A stretch of DNA of 64,000 bases from Alphaproteobacteria bacterium (lineage in GTDB: Bacteria > Pseudomonadota > Alphaproteobacteria > MPNO01 > UBA830). The translations under genes and the position numbers were made by a program. The stretch covers positions 288,001-352,000 of the forward strand of contig OZ251539.1 of NCBI GenBank assembly GCA_965243135.1, read 5' to 3'. The notes under the pieces were generated by a model. It saw nothing but the letters and a program-made list of their open reading frames with translations, searched no databases and was not told where the DNA came from. Each line of letters starts with the position of its first letter. The first letter of the stretch is position 1. Shown here piece by piece: positions 45,264 to 57,202 of the stretch.

Positions 45264-46142
45264 TTTGGTGGCGGGAATCGGCACGCGCGTTTCCTTGATG
45301 AGCTGCACGGGTTGCTCGTCCATGCAGACCACCGGACGCTTGGGATCGTAGGGTTTTTCATATGTTTCAAGCACTTGTTCCATGTGCGCGGCGAACTCCG
45401 CATCGCCGTCGGGCGGAATTACCCAGTGCTGGACTTTCCTTTTGCAGGAAAATCCGTTTTTTTTAGCGTCTGTCGCACCGTTTCATAGCTTATGGAATCC
45501 ACGATCCCCAATTCCACCACCTGCCAGCAACCGCAACGACCAGTTGGCGTACCCTTTCGGAGGATCTCCCTGACGCAAGGCAATGACCTTGGCCTCCGCC
45601 TCGCCGTCGAGAATCTTCGGCCTCGGCGGCGTCTCCCGCCGCTTCCGCTCCAGCGCCCGCCCCTCCCTCGACAAAATTCTGGCGGATGTTTTCCACCGTC
45701 TTCGTTCGACACGAGAACGCCTCCGCGATCTTCCGGTCGGTCCATGCCGGCCCGTCGGCGTCGGTCTTCAGCAGAATCTGGGCGCGGCGAACCCTCTCGC
45801 TGCTCCCTTTCAGCCTGCGGATCGTTTCGTGGCAGGTCTCCCGTTCCTCGGCCGTCAGCCGGACGATGTACTTCTTGTGCATGAAAGCACCTAGCCTACG
45901 TTGGCTACTCGATAGCAAATACTGTATGAAAAATCTAATTTTTTATTTGGATAAAGCACTAGGCTGATCGACGAGTTCGGCGACCGGAAGGAGGTGCTCG
46001 ATGCGGTTGCCGGGAACCTGTTGTCGTTTTCTTGCGTGGGGTCTGGGGCGGCCCACTACGAGCGCTACAAGGTGCCGATCAAGGCGCTGCAGGAACACGG
46101 GAGGCTTCAGGTGCGGCTCTGGAGCCAGAAACTGCTGGATAT

Positions 46143-47759
46143 CAGCAATTCCCGCTAAGGCTCGACACCCTTGGAAAATATGGGGTCTGAAAAAAAATTT
46201 TCGTAGACTTTTCGAGGCGATTCGGGGCTATTTGTCTTCGAGCGGAGATTCTTTCTCTGGAAAGTGCTCCGAAGGCGAGGCGGGATCGTACCAAAATGGC
46301 CAGAATGCCAGGCATGCGCAAGACGCTCAGCGCTCCGGGATTGCTGAAGGCGCTCCGGGAGATTTTTGACGGCATTGAGGATCTGACGGCGAGTCGAGGC
46401 GTCGCTCTTTCGGATTGCCTGATGTCGGGGATTGCAGTATTTGGTTTGAAGTACAAATCTCTTTTAACGTTTGATCGCGACGCACGTTTTGATGAAACGG
46501 TTCGCAATAATCTTGCGACATTGTACGGGATTGAGAGAGCGCCTTCCGATACCAGGTTGCGCGAGCGTCTGGACGACGTTGACCCCCGTAGTTTACGTCC
46601 CGCTTTCACGAAGATGTTCCAGTTGCTTCAGCGCGGAAAGGGTCTGGAAGGTTACACCTGTCTAGGCGGGCATTATCTTTTATCCGTTGACGGAACGGGA
46701 TATTTTTCATCTCACAAGGTGCACTGTAAAAGCTGCTGTGAAAAGCATCACAGGAACGGAACAATCACGTACTACCACCAGATGCTGGGGGCAGTTCTCG
46801 TGCGCCAAAAGGAAGTTTTCCCTCTTGCACCGGAGCCGATTACCAAGAAAGATGGAAAGAAGAAAAACGATTGCGAACGCAACGCAGCGACACGACTGTT
46901 GCGCGATGTGCGGCGGGAGCATCCGTTTTTGAAATTGATAGTGGTAGAGGACGGGCTTGCCTCGAACGGCCCGCATATCAAGCATCTCAAGGAGTTGAAC
47001 CTTCGCTTCATACTGGGTGCCAAGCCGGGAGACCATAAATTTTTGTTTGGTGAACAGGTCACGATCTGTGAAACGTGCCGAATTTTGAAGAAGGTGTACG
47101 GCACGAATTCAGATATCTTAACAACGCACCACTCAACGACGCGAATTTCGACCTTGAGATCAACTTTGTGGAATACTGGGAAAAGCATCCCGACGGCAAA
47201 AAGCAACGCTTTTCCTGGGTTACAGACCTGCCAGTAGGAGAGCACAACCTGATGGAGATAATGCGTGCCGGGCGTGCACGCTGGCGTAAACGAGACCTTC
47301 AACACCCTGAAGAACCAAGGTTACAACTTCGAACACAACTTCGGTCATGGTTACAAGCATCTGTCGAATGTCCTGGCTAACTTGATGATGCTAGCTTTCC
47401 TGCCAGATTCAGCAGAGATGTTGCAATCTGTTTCAAAGAGCACGGAAGAAAGCCGAGCGTTCCATCTACTTGTGGGAGAAGTTGAGAGCTATGTTCTTCA
47501 ACTTTTCACTGCCAGGCTGGGAAGCGCTTTATCGTGCTATAGCGTTCGGATACAAAAAGCCGATTCTGGAACCTTACGATACTTCTTGACATAATAATTT
47601 TTCGAAGTGTGTAGCAGGTTCTTCAGGGGGAAACATAACCGACGAAAGCTCGGCCATAAAGCCGGACGTTAGACGTCTGTCCTGACGGTCGTGCCTCTTG
47701 CCGAGAAAATCCTTTGCATCTGACTTGGCACGACCACTACAAGTTAGCGGGAATTTCTG
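46143..47759 (+). mobile_element. IS (DDE, ISNCY/IS4-like) with frameshifted transposase 46296-47590
   Basis: TIR cagcaattcccgctaa/ttagcgggaatttctg; 9-bp TSD gctggatat; 'SVDGTG', 'VEDGL', 'NETFNTLKNQGY'. Confidence 0.9.
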
Positions 47760-48728
47760 GCTGGATATTCTCGATGAACAAAGCGAAATTAACCGCGACA
47801 GGGAAGCGGAGTTTGCCGGGCTGCTCTGACCGGATTCAACTTGCAGCCGCGGTGCCGCCGCTTGGTCGGCCTTTGCCGCGGGCGAACCCTCTGCCAACAG
47901 CGCGCCGCTTTGGCTGGAAAGATCTCCTGTCGCGTCAGCCAACGCGGCGATCGCGCCGGTCACGGCTCCGCCCTTTCCCCCCCCCCCCCCCCTCGAAAGT
48001 CGGATTGCCCGCCTCGGGGCAGCTATCCCTGCGATCGTCGCCCGCGGCGTCGAAGTCGTCCGCAACTGCCTGCCGTTCGGGCTGAGGTGCCAGCGCCGGA
48101 CGCCAGTGGACCCCGATCCTTCGGCTTGAGCCCTTCCGGCGTTGGAAAACGAACAGCCATGGTACGGGCGCGGTTCTTCCGGTCCGATACATGCGGTTTC
48201 GGAAGTGTAGGAGTCCCCGACGTTGAGTCAGACTGCGCCGGTCCGGGGCAGGAGCCAGGGAGAACAGACCGGGCGCTGACCACAATCGGGATTACGCCAC
48301 GAAGAAACGGGCCCTCGCTGGCAGCGCATTGCTCATGCCGCGCACGGTGGCGGAAGCCAGCGAAGAATGGACGCCCAAGTTGGTGGAGCAGCGTCCTGCG
48401 GAGCTGGCGAAAGACGCCGCAGAAGCCTGGCAGTTCGTTAACAACCAAGGGCGTAGAAGGAAATGACCGGGCGCGGCGAGCGGTGCTGACGAGCGAGCCG
48501 CAGCTTCGGATTTGCAGAGATCGCCAGAAACTGGTTCTTTGGACGGAAGCGGGCAAGTGAGGTACGGCCCGCTAACCTCGAAAGGAGGGACACGATGAGA
48601 AGCAAGTGCATGATCGGCTACCTTGATTGCGGCATTCGCTCTTGGGGCGTGCAATCATTAGTATCGTCCCAAGGTGATTCCTGTCACGACACTGCAAAGA
48701 TGCCATACCGTCAACAAGGAGAGAACCG

Positions 48729-49229
48729 ATGAAAAAGCTTTTGCTCGCACTACTTCTGATTTTTCCTGCAACGGCGTTTGCAACGGATTGGATAGACGAA
48801 AAAAAGATTATAGGATTTTATGAGAAGGGTCGAAAGAGTATAGGATTTTATTGCGGAGAAAATAAGAGAATAGGAGTCTGGATTAAAATAACAGAAGAGG
48901 AAATGAATAATTTTAATTTAGATTTTGGTTTTCATTCTTTCGTAATATCCTACGATAAAAAATCAGAAGAAGAAATTGGTAGAATCAATCCTGTAGTTAC
49001 AGGCAAAAATAATAAAAAGAATTTAATTCTCTTCTTTGAAAAAGAAGAATCTAATAAAATAATTGAGTTTATTGAACATACGGAAAAAGTACATGGTTTA
49101 GAAAATGTCGTACTTCGTCTTTGGTTAGATAATAAATTCAACCAATATATGTATAAAGATTATTCATTTGATAAATTTGTACCAAAATTATATTCAATAA
49201 CCAAAGACGGTTTCAGATGCAAACAGTAA
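48729..49229 (+). CDS. Hypothetical secreted protein, very low GC
   Basis: RBS ggag; signal peptide 'MKKLLLALLLIFPATAFA'. Confidence 0.7.
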   Translation: MKKLLLALLLIFPATAFATDWIDEKKIIGFYEKGRKSIGFYCGENKRIGVWIKITEEEMNNFNLDFGFHSFVISYDKKSEEEIGRINPVVTGKNNKKNLILFFEKEESNKIIEFIEHTEKVHGLENVVLRLWLDNKFNQYMYKDYSFDKFVPKLYSITKDGFRCKQ

Positions 49230-49253
49230 TTTAGTAGAAAGAAAGGATGGATC

Positions 49254-49499
49254 ATGCATGAAGTAGGGTTTTATCATTTTCTGAAAGGTTGGATTCTAGC
49301 CATATCCAATACCAAAAAATTCAAGATAGGAAAAATTTATATTACTGTAGAAGACGACTTCGGAGAAAGTACAAGATATTCCATTGACGGGCCTTGCGAT
49401 TCGTTGAATCAATCAAAGAGAGGCTTATTCTATGGAAAGGTTTTTTATTATTTACGGGACAACGGAAATGGTTGCGCCTTCACAGTTGAGAAGGAGTAG
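49254..49499 (+). CDS. Small hypothetical protein, low GC
   Basis: RBS and ORF in the AT-rich patch. Confidence 0.4.
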   Translation: MHEVGFYHFLKGWILAISNTKKFKIGKIYITVEDDFGESTRYSIDGPCDSLNQSKRGLFYGKVFYYLRDNGNGCAFTVEKE

Positions 49500-50003
49500 C
49501 GTTCCAAGTGATCCAAATCCTATATGCTTGCAAATGGTAGAATCTACAAAGTGCGATGCACAAGGTGATTTTCTCTGCCGTAGCTGACGGTAGTTATTTT
49601 GTCGCAACGACCGTGTATTCGCAGTTGGGTAGAATTGAGTGCGGATCCCGACTGATGTCGCCGGTTACGGTTAAGGGTGGAGAAACAACGGCTCTAATCA
49701 TCTCTATTTGAGGGGATTTTCAGGCAGGTTATTGAGAAACGGCCTCATAGCGAGGCGCGGCCGCTCTCGTTCATCTTGTTCCTCGCGTTATCGCCGGCCG
49801 GATGGGTCTTTCTTATTCATCGTTTCCGGTCATGATGCCTTTGCGGGGCTGATGTCGGCGTCGGGGAATTATCTTGGGTGTCGACATACCGAAGTCGTCT
49901 GGCTTGATCAGGGAACAACGGGTCGGCGCTCACCGCGAAGATTGGACAGATGATTGACGAGCTTGATAACATGTGAATGGCAAGAGATTTCGGGGAAGGA
50001 AAT

Positions 50004-51756
50004 ATGCGACGGTTTCGTTTTTCCGCAATGGTGCCGTTTGCGGCGGCGGTTCTGTTTGCTGCGACCTCCGTCATTGCGAGAGCCGCTAGCGAAAACGAAC
50101 TTTGGAGCGCCGTGTGGATGTCGGGCAATCCCGATGCTGCCCAGCGATCGCCTGCCGTGGGTGCGAACTCGAACGTTCCGCAAGGCGCCCGCCGAACCGC
50201 GGTTCGGCGGGCAGCAAGCGGCAGCGGCACTCGGATGCTCGCTGCGTTGCTCCGCGCGGGCGGCAAGCCGGATGGGCGCGGCAACGCGTCGTTGCGTCTG
50301 TCGTCCGATACGACTTCGCCAGCGGCGCGGCCGGCCGGCGGCGCGCCGGAACGCAAGGCCGATGTCGCGAACGGGAAAGGCGAAACTTCTCTCCGCCTCA
50401 TGGCCGAAGCGCATCGATCCTCCGCGGGCCTGCTATGGAGCGCCGCGAGGATGCCGGGCAATCTGGAAATCGTCCGCCGACTGCTTGCCTCGGGCGTGAA
50501 CCCGAACGTTCCGGACGATGCGGGCCGAACAGCGGTTCATCGGGCAGCGAGCGGCGGCGGCGCTCGGATACTGGATGCGCTGCTTCGCGCGGGCGGCAAA
50601 CCGAACCTTCGCGATAGAGATGGCAACGCGCCGCTGCACATCGCCATCAAGGCGGACGGGAGCGAAGGCGAGGCCGAGGCTGTTGAGGCGCTTCTGGCGG
50701 CCGGAGCGGACCCCTGCGTCAAGGATGCAACGGGGCGGACATCCTACGGCATGGCCGCGGACCGCGGCCCCATCCGCCGCGCTCTTGGCCGGGCCGGGGG
50801 CAACGAGTGGACGTGCGGGAGAAACGGCGAGCGCACGATGCGGGTAGCGGCGCGCGCCAACGTGAGGTCGGGACCGGGACCGCACCACGGCAGGATCGGA
50901 ACGCTTGACGCTGGCTACGAGGTCAAGGTGGCGGGGAAAATCGGTGACTGGCTACGTATCGAGATGCCGGGCGGAGAGGGATACGTCCGCGCCGAGCGGA
51001 TGATCGATACGGCGTTCGTCGTCAGCCTTGAGCCGAAATGCGATGAATTTTCCCACTCGTGCTTCTTTTTCCCCGACTTACAGATGCTGGAAACGGCTCT
51101 CCAATCGTCCGGAATGTTATCTTTTGGTTCGTAATAATATTGCTCGCAATCGGTCTTTGAATTGGTCGGGATCCTGTTCCAGTGGCGTCGCCAACGGCCA
51201 AGGAAAGCTTTCGCGGTCAGATGACCGGTTTTCCAAGTCTAGGGAAGATGTCGGAAGGCTCGTGGGTGGCAAGAGGCATGGGCTGTGGATCGGGCGCTTC
51301 AGAGAGCTTCTCTCAAACACCTTCTACTTTTATACGTATGTGAACGGCAAGAGGCATGGGCCATGGTTCCGTCGGGTAAAGCACCCTGTGCACAAACAGA
51401 TATCCACGCATATAGGCACCTATGTAAACGGCAAGAGCCATGGACAAAGTGTCCGTATTACGAATGGCGACAACGTCTCCACAGGTGCCTACGTGAACGG
51501 CAAGAGGCATGGACAATGGATCACTGCAGGCGACAACAGATTCGTGTGGGGCGCAGGTAGAGGTCCCGGTGCAGAAATAGGTGCCTATGTGAACGGTACG
51601 AAGCATGGGCAATGGATTGAACTGTTTGGTGAATTAGTCAAAACAGGTGCCTATGTAAACGGCCAGAGACACGGACGATGGAAGGAACACTCAAGGATAA
51701 CCTGCGAAATCGTCGAATACGAATCGGGCACGGTTGCGAGAAAAAGAAAATGCTGA
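50004..51756 (+). pseudogene. Ankyrin-repeat + SH3b + MORN-like repeat secreted protein (frameshift near 51050-51070)
   Basis: 'GRTAVHRAA', 'GNAPLHIA', 'ANVRSGPG', repeated 'G.YVNGKRHG.W'. Confidence 0.75.
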
Positions 51757-51867
51757 CCAAGGTTTCCGGGTCCGCATGGTCCGGCGTCTGCTGTCGTCGG
51801 CGGTCGAGATTTCGGAAGCGGAACGGCTTGCGCGAGGTTTGCAGGGATGCGAATCGCAGCCGAAAAC

Positions 51868-51985
51868 CCCCTATCAACTTCGAAGCGCAACGCGGACGGT
51901 CTGCAGCGCGAGGGCGTTGCCGGGCTGTCCGGTGAGTCAAGGCGCCGGTGGGGGCATTCGCCGCAGGGAGCGCGTAGCCCTTGGC
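51868..51985 (-). mobile_element. Solo IS30 right-end remnant (inverted)
   Basis: 'ctatcaacttcgaagcgcaa...gcgtagccc' is the reverse complement of the IS30 end. Confidence 0.6.
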
Positions 51986-52007
51986 GACATCGCCGGACCG
52001 GGCACAA

Positions 52008-53162
52008 TACCAAACCTACTATCAAATGACTCGTGTGACAACTAGCTGTATTTGTTGATACTTGCTATGCGTAGCAATGCTGTAGCATACGGAGGACGAC
52101 ATGACAGTGCCTGTGACGCGCACGGGCCACACGGCGGAAGAGTTGCACGACCTAACGAAGCGATGCGGCAACGCTGCGCAAGCGCGACGGCTTCGAGCGT
52201 TGATCATGGAGGGGTCGCCAGGATGCCGCAAAAGCGCAGAATATAGACCGGCAGACGCTGCGCGATTGGGTCCATCGTTACAACGAGTTCGGACCGGACG
52301 GGTTGAGCAACCGCCCGAAACGGAAAGTTTTCCTTGATGAAGACCAGTTGAAGGTGCTTTCGGAGTGGCTGGAAAAGGGTCCGGATCCGGAAACGGACGG
52401 GGCTGGTTCGCTGGCGCGTTCAGGACGTAATGGGCAAGATTCAGAAGGGCTTCGGCGTCAAGTATTCCATGGAGGGAACTCGTCGGGCGGAGGCTGGGCT
52501 TCCGTCACGTCCCGCCGCGTCCGCTTCATCCCAAGGCAAAACCCAAGGATCAGGAGAAATTCCGTGAGAATTTTCAAGACATTGTGAAAGATGCGGTGGG
52601 GCCGGACAAAGCCGAGCGGACGATTGAAATCTGGTTCCAGGACGAAGGTAGAATCGGCCAGAAGGGAATGTTGTCGCGGCTGTGGGTGCGCAAGAACGAG
52701 CGCCTGCGAATCGCCCGCGACCACCGCTACGGCTACGTCTATCTTTTCGGGGCCGCGTGCGCGGAAAGGAAACTTGCGGTCGGCCACATTGCGGAACGCG
52801 CCAACACGGAATCCATGAACGAACACCTCGCTCTCATCAGCGCCTCCGTGCAACCGGGAAGCCACTGCGTTCTGGTTCTCGACGGTGCCGGCTGACACAA
52901 AAGCAAGGAGCCTCCCGAAAACGTAACTCTCCTGCTTCTGCCGCCCTACAGTCCGGAGCTGAACCCAATGGAGAATGTCGTACCTGAAACAGAATCGCTT
53001 CGCGAATCGCGTGTTCAAGGATGTCGCGGAGGTTCGCGACGCTTGCCGGAAAGGCTGGCTATGCGATTCTCCGGCTGACATCGCATCTATTGTGACCCGG
53101 GAATGGGCCACTATAACTCCCGCAAAACGCAAAACAGGTCTCTAAATAGTGGGTTTGGTATA
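52008..53162 (+). mobile_element. IS630-family element, degraded
   Basis: TIR ataccaaacc.actat; 'WFQDEGR', 'VLDGAG', 'LPPYSPELNPME'. Confidence 0.85.
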
Positions 53163-53224
53163 AATTGCCCGTTCGACGACCGGGGAAGCCGCGCTCGGCG
53201 CTCGGGGAAAAGAGGGGCAGCGGA

Positions 53225-56103
53225 CTACCCGTCGCGGCGCTTTCCGCCGTGCACTGTGGGTTCGTCGCACCATTGAAGGCGAAGGTTCGCGAACGCTTCC
53301 AGCATGTCTTCGGGCAATTCGAGAAGTTCGACGAGGACGGCTCGATCCAGATCCTGGCGGGCAGCGTCGCGACAGGCCTCGTTCGCCGGCATCAGGGGAA
53401 CGTCCCGGAACCTTTCGAAGATGCTCGCCGCCCGTTGAAGCTTGACTTCCGACAGCGCCCCCGGATCGAGAACCGTCAGATTCGGCAAGCCGGAGATCGT
53501 CAATACCGTCCGCCCTTGCTGCTGGCGCGATCCCGCCCACCAGAAGGCCATCAACCCGAGCGTGCAGTTGGACCAGAGCGCCACGGCCTCGTCCCACCGC
53601 TCGTCGTGCAGCCGGAAGTTCGGCCAGGCCCGGCCGCCGAGCGCGCGCTCCCGCGTCAGGCAAGCCGCGAGGCTCTGCGAGTTGAGCCGGAAATCGCGAT
53701 TGAAGTGGAGCCGCGTCGCGGTTCGCCAGGCGGCGTCGGCCCGGTCTTCGCAACCCGGACGCGCCTCGCCCTCGCTGTCCGGCTCCACCAGCATGCGCCG
53801 CTCCCGGTCGGCATCGTGGCTCCAGAGAACCGGATAGCTGGGCGCGCCCTGAACCGGAACGATCTTGAACGGCCCGCGGAACGGCGGCTCTCCGTCGTTC
53901 TTGTTGCCGATATCGCGATCCAGCAGGCCGCGTTCGCCCAGTTGGCCGAGATGAACGACCGGCACGGCGTGGCGCCGCTCGTACCGGGGTATCCGTAGCT
54001 CTCCCCGCCGCAACGCCATCATCGCGTCGGCGAGCGCCGACTCGCGCAGGGCGGCGCATCCCCCCTCGCTCAACGGCACCCGGATATAGCTTCCCAGCAA
54101 CTGGCCGCCGGCGCGGATCCGGCCCGTCGCGGACGTCTTCGGCAGTCGCGCGACCAGCTTGGCGATTTCCGCCGCCTCGAGCAGCGCGGCCGGGCGGCGA
54201 TGAAGGTTCACGAACAACGCTGGCCCGGCCGAGCCGTTCCGGTCGCGCCGTTTCGTCGCCACCACGAGCGCTTCCGCCATGCCGGTGTCGGACGAGAACG
54301 CGCGATCGAAGTTTCCGGAGGCGGCGATGGTGACGACCGCGACATCCGCATACCGGTCGACAAGCAAGTCCCGGGCCGCTTGCCAGGACCTGCCCTGGAT
54401 GGCGGCGATGGGCAGGACCAGCGCCGCCACTCCGCCCGGTTTCGCCTTCGCGTGCGCGAGATCGATGAAGTTCGACGCGAGGCCGGCGTTGCCGTGGCCG
54501 GCGGGATTCTCCAGATCCCGGCGGATGTCCGCGAGGCGGGCGGACATCGCCCGCTGCTCGTCCTCGCCGGTTCGGAAGCCGGCGAAGGACGGGACGGGAA
54601 CCTCGGCGGTTTCGTGGTTGGTCGGACGGGTGAAGGGCGGATTCATGATCACGAGATCGACCGACTCGTGAGGCAACTCGATGTCCTGCGTCTCGACGTC
54701 GCCCTGCGCGCCTGCCGCTGTCCGGCGGCGAACAGGAACCGGGTCTGCGCGGCGGCGATCAGATCGAGCGAACCGATGGCGACGCCGCGGTCGCGTTCCT
54801 CGCCGGAGCCGATCCCGTAGGGCATCGTGTAAACGCGGGTGTTGTCGAAGACCGCGGCCGGGTGGACGCTCGACAGCTGCGAGGCGCAGAGGTGCGCGGC
54901 GGCGGGCATGATGTCCGCCGCGACGACGGAGCGCTCGATCATCCGCCGATGGATCGCGCCGTCGTCGCCGCCGGCGCGGCGATACCGGCCGAGCACGGCG
55001 TGATAGGCGGCGGACAGAAGCGTGCCCGTGCCGCAGGAGAGGTCGGCGACGGCGAGGTTCGGATAGGCGGCGAGATCGCTCCAGTCGGCGTCCATGCGGG
55101 CGACGGCGAGTTCCGCGAGCAGGGCGGCGCTGGTCGGAAGGGTGTAGAAGGTCGCCAGGAATTTCCGGTCGACGATCAGGTTCTGGAAGATCCTGCCCGA
55201 CAGGTCGTGGCGCGTCGTCACGCCGATATCGGCGAGCCGGTCCGCCGCGTCGGCGAGGGCGCCGAGAACGCGCTCCGCCGTCGCGGCGCGAATCGGAGCG
55301 ATGAGGTCGGAAGCCACCCTGAAGATCGGCCAGTAGTTGACTTCGAGAAGAATGCGCCGCCATGTCTCCAAAAGCGCCGTCTGGAGCGAACCGCGCGAAT
55401 CGGCCTGGAGTCGGGCGACGGACGGGATGTCGTGAACGCCGGCGATGGCCGCGTGAAAGGTCAATGCGTTGGCGATGATGGTCATCGCCATGCGGTTGGT
55501 CTGTTCGCCGGGATGCTGATTGAGGACCTGGCCGAAATCCCGCTCGATGTCCGTGAAGCCAAGTTCGACGGCGTCCTGGACTGCCCGGGTTGCGACGAGC
55601 ACGCCGCGTTCGAGTATCGACATGCTCTCGTCGACGCGGCGTTGCGACACCATCGCGTGTTCGATGCACCGGGCGACATGGTCGATGCCGCCGGCGAGCC
55701 AGCCCGTCTCGGGCCAGCGTTCGGGCGACGCCGGATCGCCGGAGAACACGCAATAGTCGAAGTCGGCGGCGGCGATGCGCTCGGCGAGGTTGGCTTGACC
55801 TTGCCGCAGGGCGTTCGGGATGCGGACGGCGACGGCCTGTTCGATGGGATCGGCGGACGCCAGCGGCGTTTTGCCGAGCCGGGCTTGGGCGTCGCTCTCG
55901 ACGGTGGCGGCCGGCGCGTACTCCGTTTCCACCGCCACCGGTTGCGCGTCGGGCGACTGGACGAGAATATCGGGTCGCAAGCGGGGGGCATCGGGAAAGA
56001 CGCCCGTCTGTTCGACGCCCAGATGGTCCCTCCACTGCGGGTGCTTGCCGCGCAGGACTTCGGCAAAATAACCGTTGAAGGCGGGCTCGCCGGTGCGTGG
56101 CAT
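53225..56103 (-). pseudogene. Type IIG-like fused restriction-modification enzyme (N6-adenine MTase), one frameshift near 54700
   Basis: N-terminal 'RPDI..VAVETE', 'FYT', motif I 'DLSCGTG', motif IV 'MNPPF' in a different frame. Confidence 0.8.
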
Positions 56104-56434
56104 GCCGGTTTTCTGACGAACGGCGGCGCGGCCGCGTTAGAGCGCGGCCCCCGATTGCCCCCGCGCACTTTGGCCGCTCTCGATCGGTTCCTTCGAAAGC
56201 GCATGCGCCTTCCGGGCATTCGCCCGGAATTCCGGGCTTCGTACGCACGGAACGCGGCGGCCAATTCCGCGCCCTGTCGCTTGCGCAGTCGAATCGCGGC
56301 CAAGCCGGGAGGTTTCGGCGACGCAGGCGACGGGCAGTCCCGTCTCCCGCTCGCGCCGCAAGGCGCCGGAACGCTCGGCGACGCGGCGGGCGCGTATGCG
56401 CGACATCTCTTCGCTCCCCGTCGTTCGGCTCGCT

Positions 56435-56600
56435 GGCAGTGGTTGTCCGGCCCTGCGTCCCAAGCGTCACCGTCCCGCCGGACGAAGTATATCCGCCAAC
56501 TGCGCGAAACGCGAATTCCGTACTGTCCGGCGCGGTCGCCGACCGGCGCTTCGAAGCGGTTGCCCAAGCGGCGCGCGAAAGCCTCGATGCGCTCCGAGGG
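56435..56600 (-). pseudogene. HigB-type toxin remnant
   Basis: 'GNRFEAPVGDRAGQYGIRV..WRIYF.RDGDA'. Confidence 0.6.
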
Positions 56601-57202
56601 GCTCGACGCCTTCGCGCGCGCTTCGCTTTCGTTCGAACGTCCGACCTCGTTCCGGGCCTGGAACGGCGCCGTAGAACTCAGGCCGAACGCCCTTGTCGCG
56701 AGGCCGGACGCCTGCCGTTTCCTGGACCTGTCCGGGGAGCCTGTCCGAGTTCACGGCGATATTCCGCATGCAGTGGATTTATTCGTTCTCTCGCGCGATT
56801 TCCGTATGACTGGACCGGATTTCAGGCGAAAGCGGGGATCCCCGGCTTCAAGTCGAGGGCTTCAGGAAGGACGCGCTGGTCGTCGGTCATTTGCGATAGC
56901 GTCCCGGCGAGGTTCGCGACGCCGGGAATCGGTCGAGTCGATCGACCGGTTCGACCGCTGAATTCGTCAGGCCGCGGAAGTGAATTTTACGCTCGGAAGA
57001 CTGCGCGGCGGCAAGGCGAGAACGCGGCGGAAGCACCGCAACCTTCCGGTCGATTCGTCGGCGGCCGCAGGGAGACGTGGCGGGCGTTCCGTGGAGCGCG
57101 CTCTCGACGCGATGTCGCTCCCGGTAGCCGGGGACAATTTCCTCGTCGCTCCAGTCTGCGCGGCGAAGAGCTTCTGGCCCGCGGTGCGCTCGACGCCGAA
57201 CG

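Larger units (their letters stand above)
41583..45961 (-). mobile_element. IS630-family element (disrupted) inserted at CTAG and carrying nested IS30 and IS110
   Basis: TIR tagtgctttatc/gataaagcacta; transposase pieces 'MHKKYIVRL', 'CMDEQP', 'CDNLNTH', 'PKHGSWLNIAE'. Confidence 0.88.
41400..47829 (+). pseudogene. C-terminal remnant of an unknown gene split by IS630 and a second IS (pieces ~41400-41583, 45961-46142, 47769-47829)
   Basis: '...IHPVTA|RLIDEFGDRKEVL...KLLDI|LDEQSE' rejoins once the elements are removed. Confidence 0.65.

Noticed and set aside
47977-47992. Poly-C tract as a phase-variation switch
   Set aside because: Not in a recognisable gene or promoter; the length may be a sequencing artefact
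56680-56770. Possible VapB-like antitoxin remnant
   Set aside because: Similarity is too weak to support by eye
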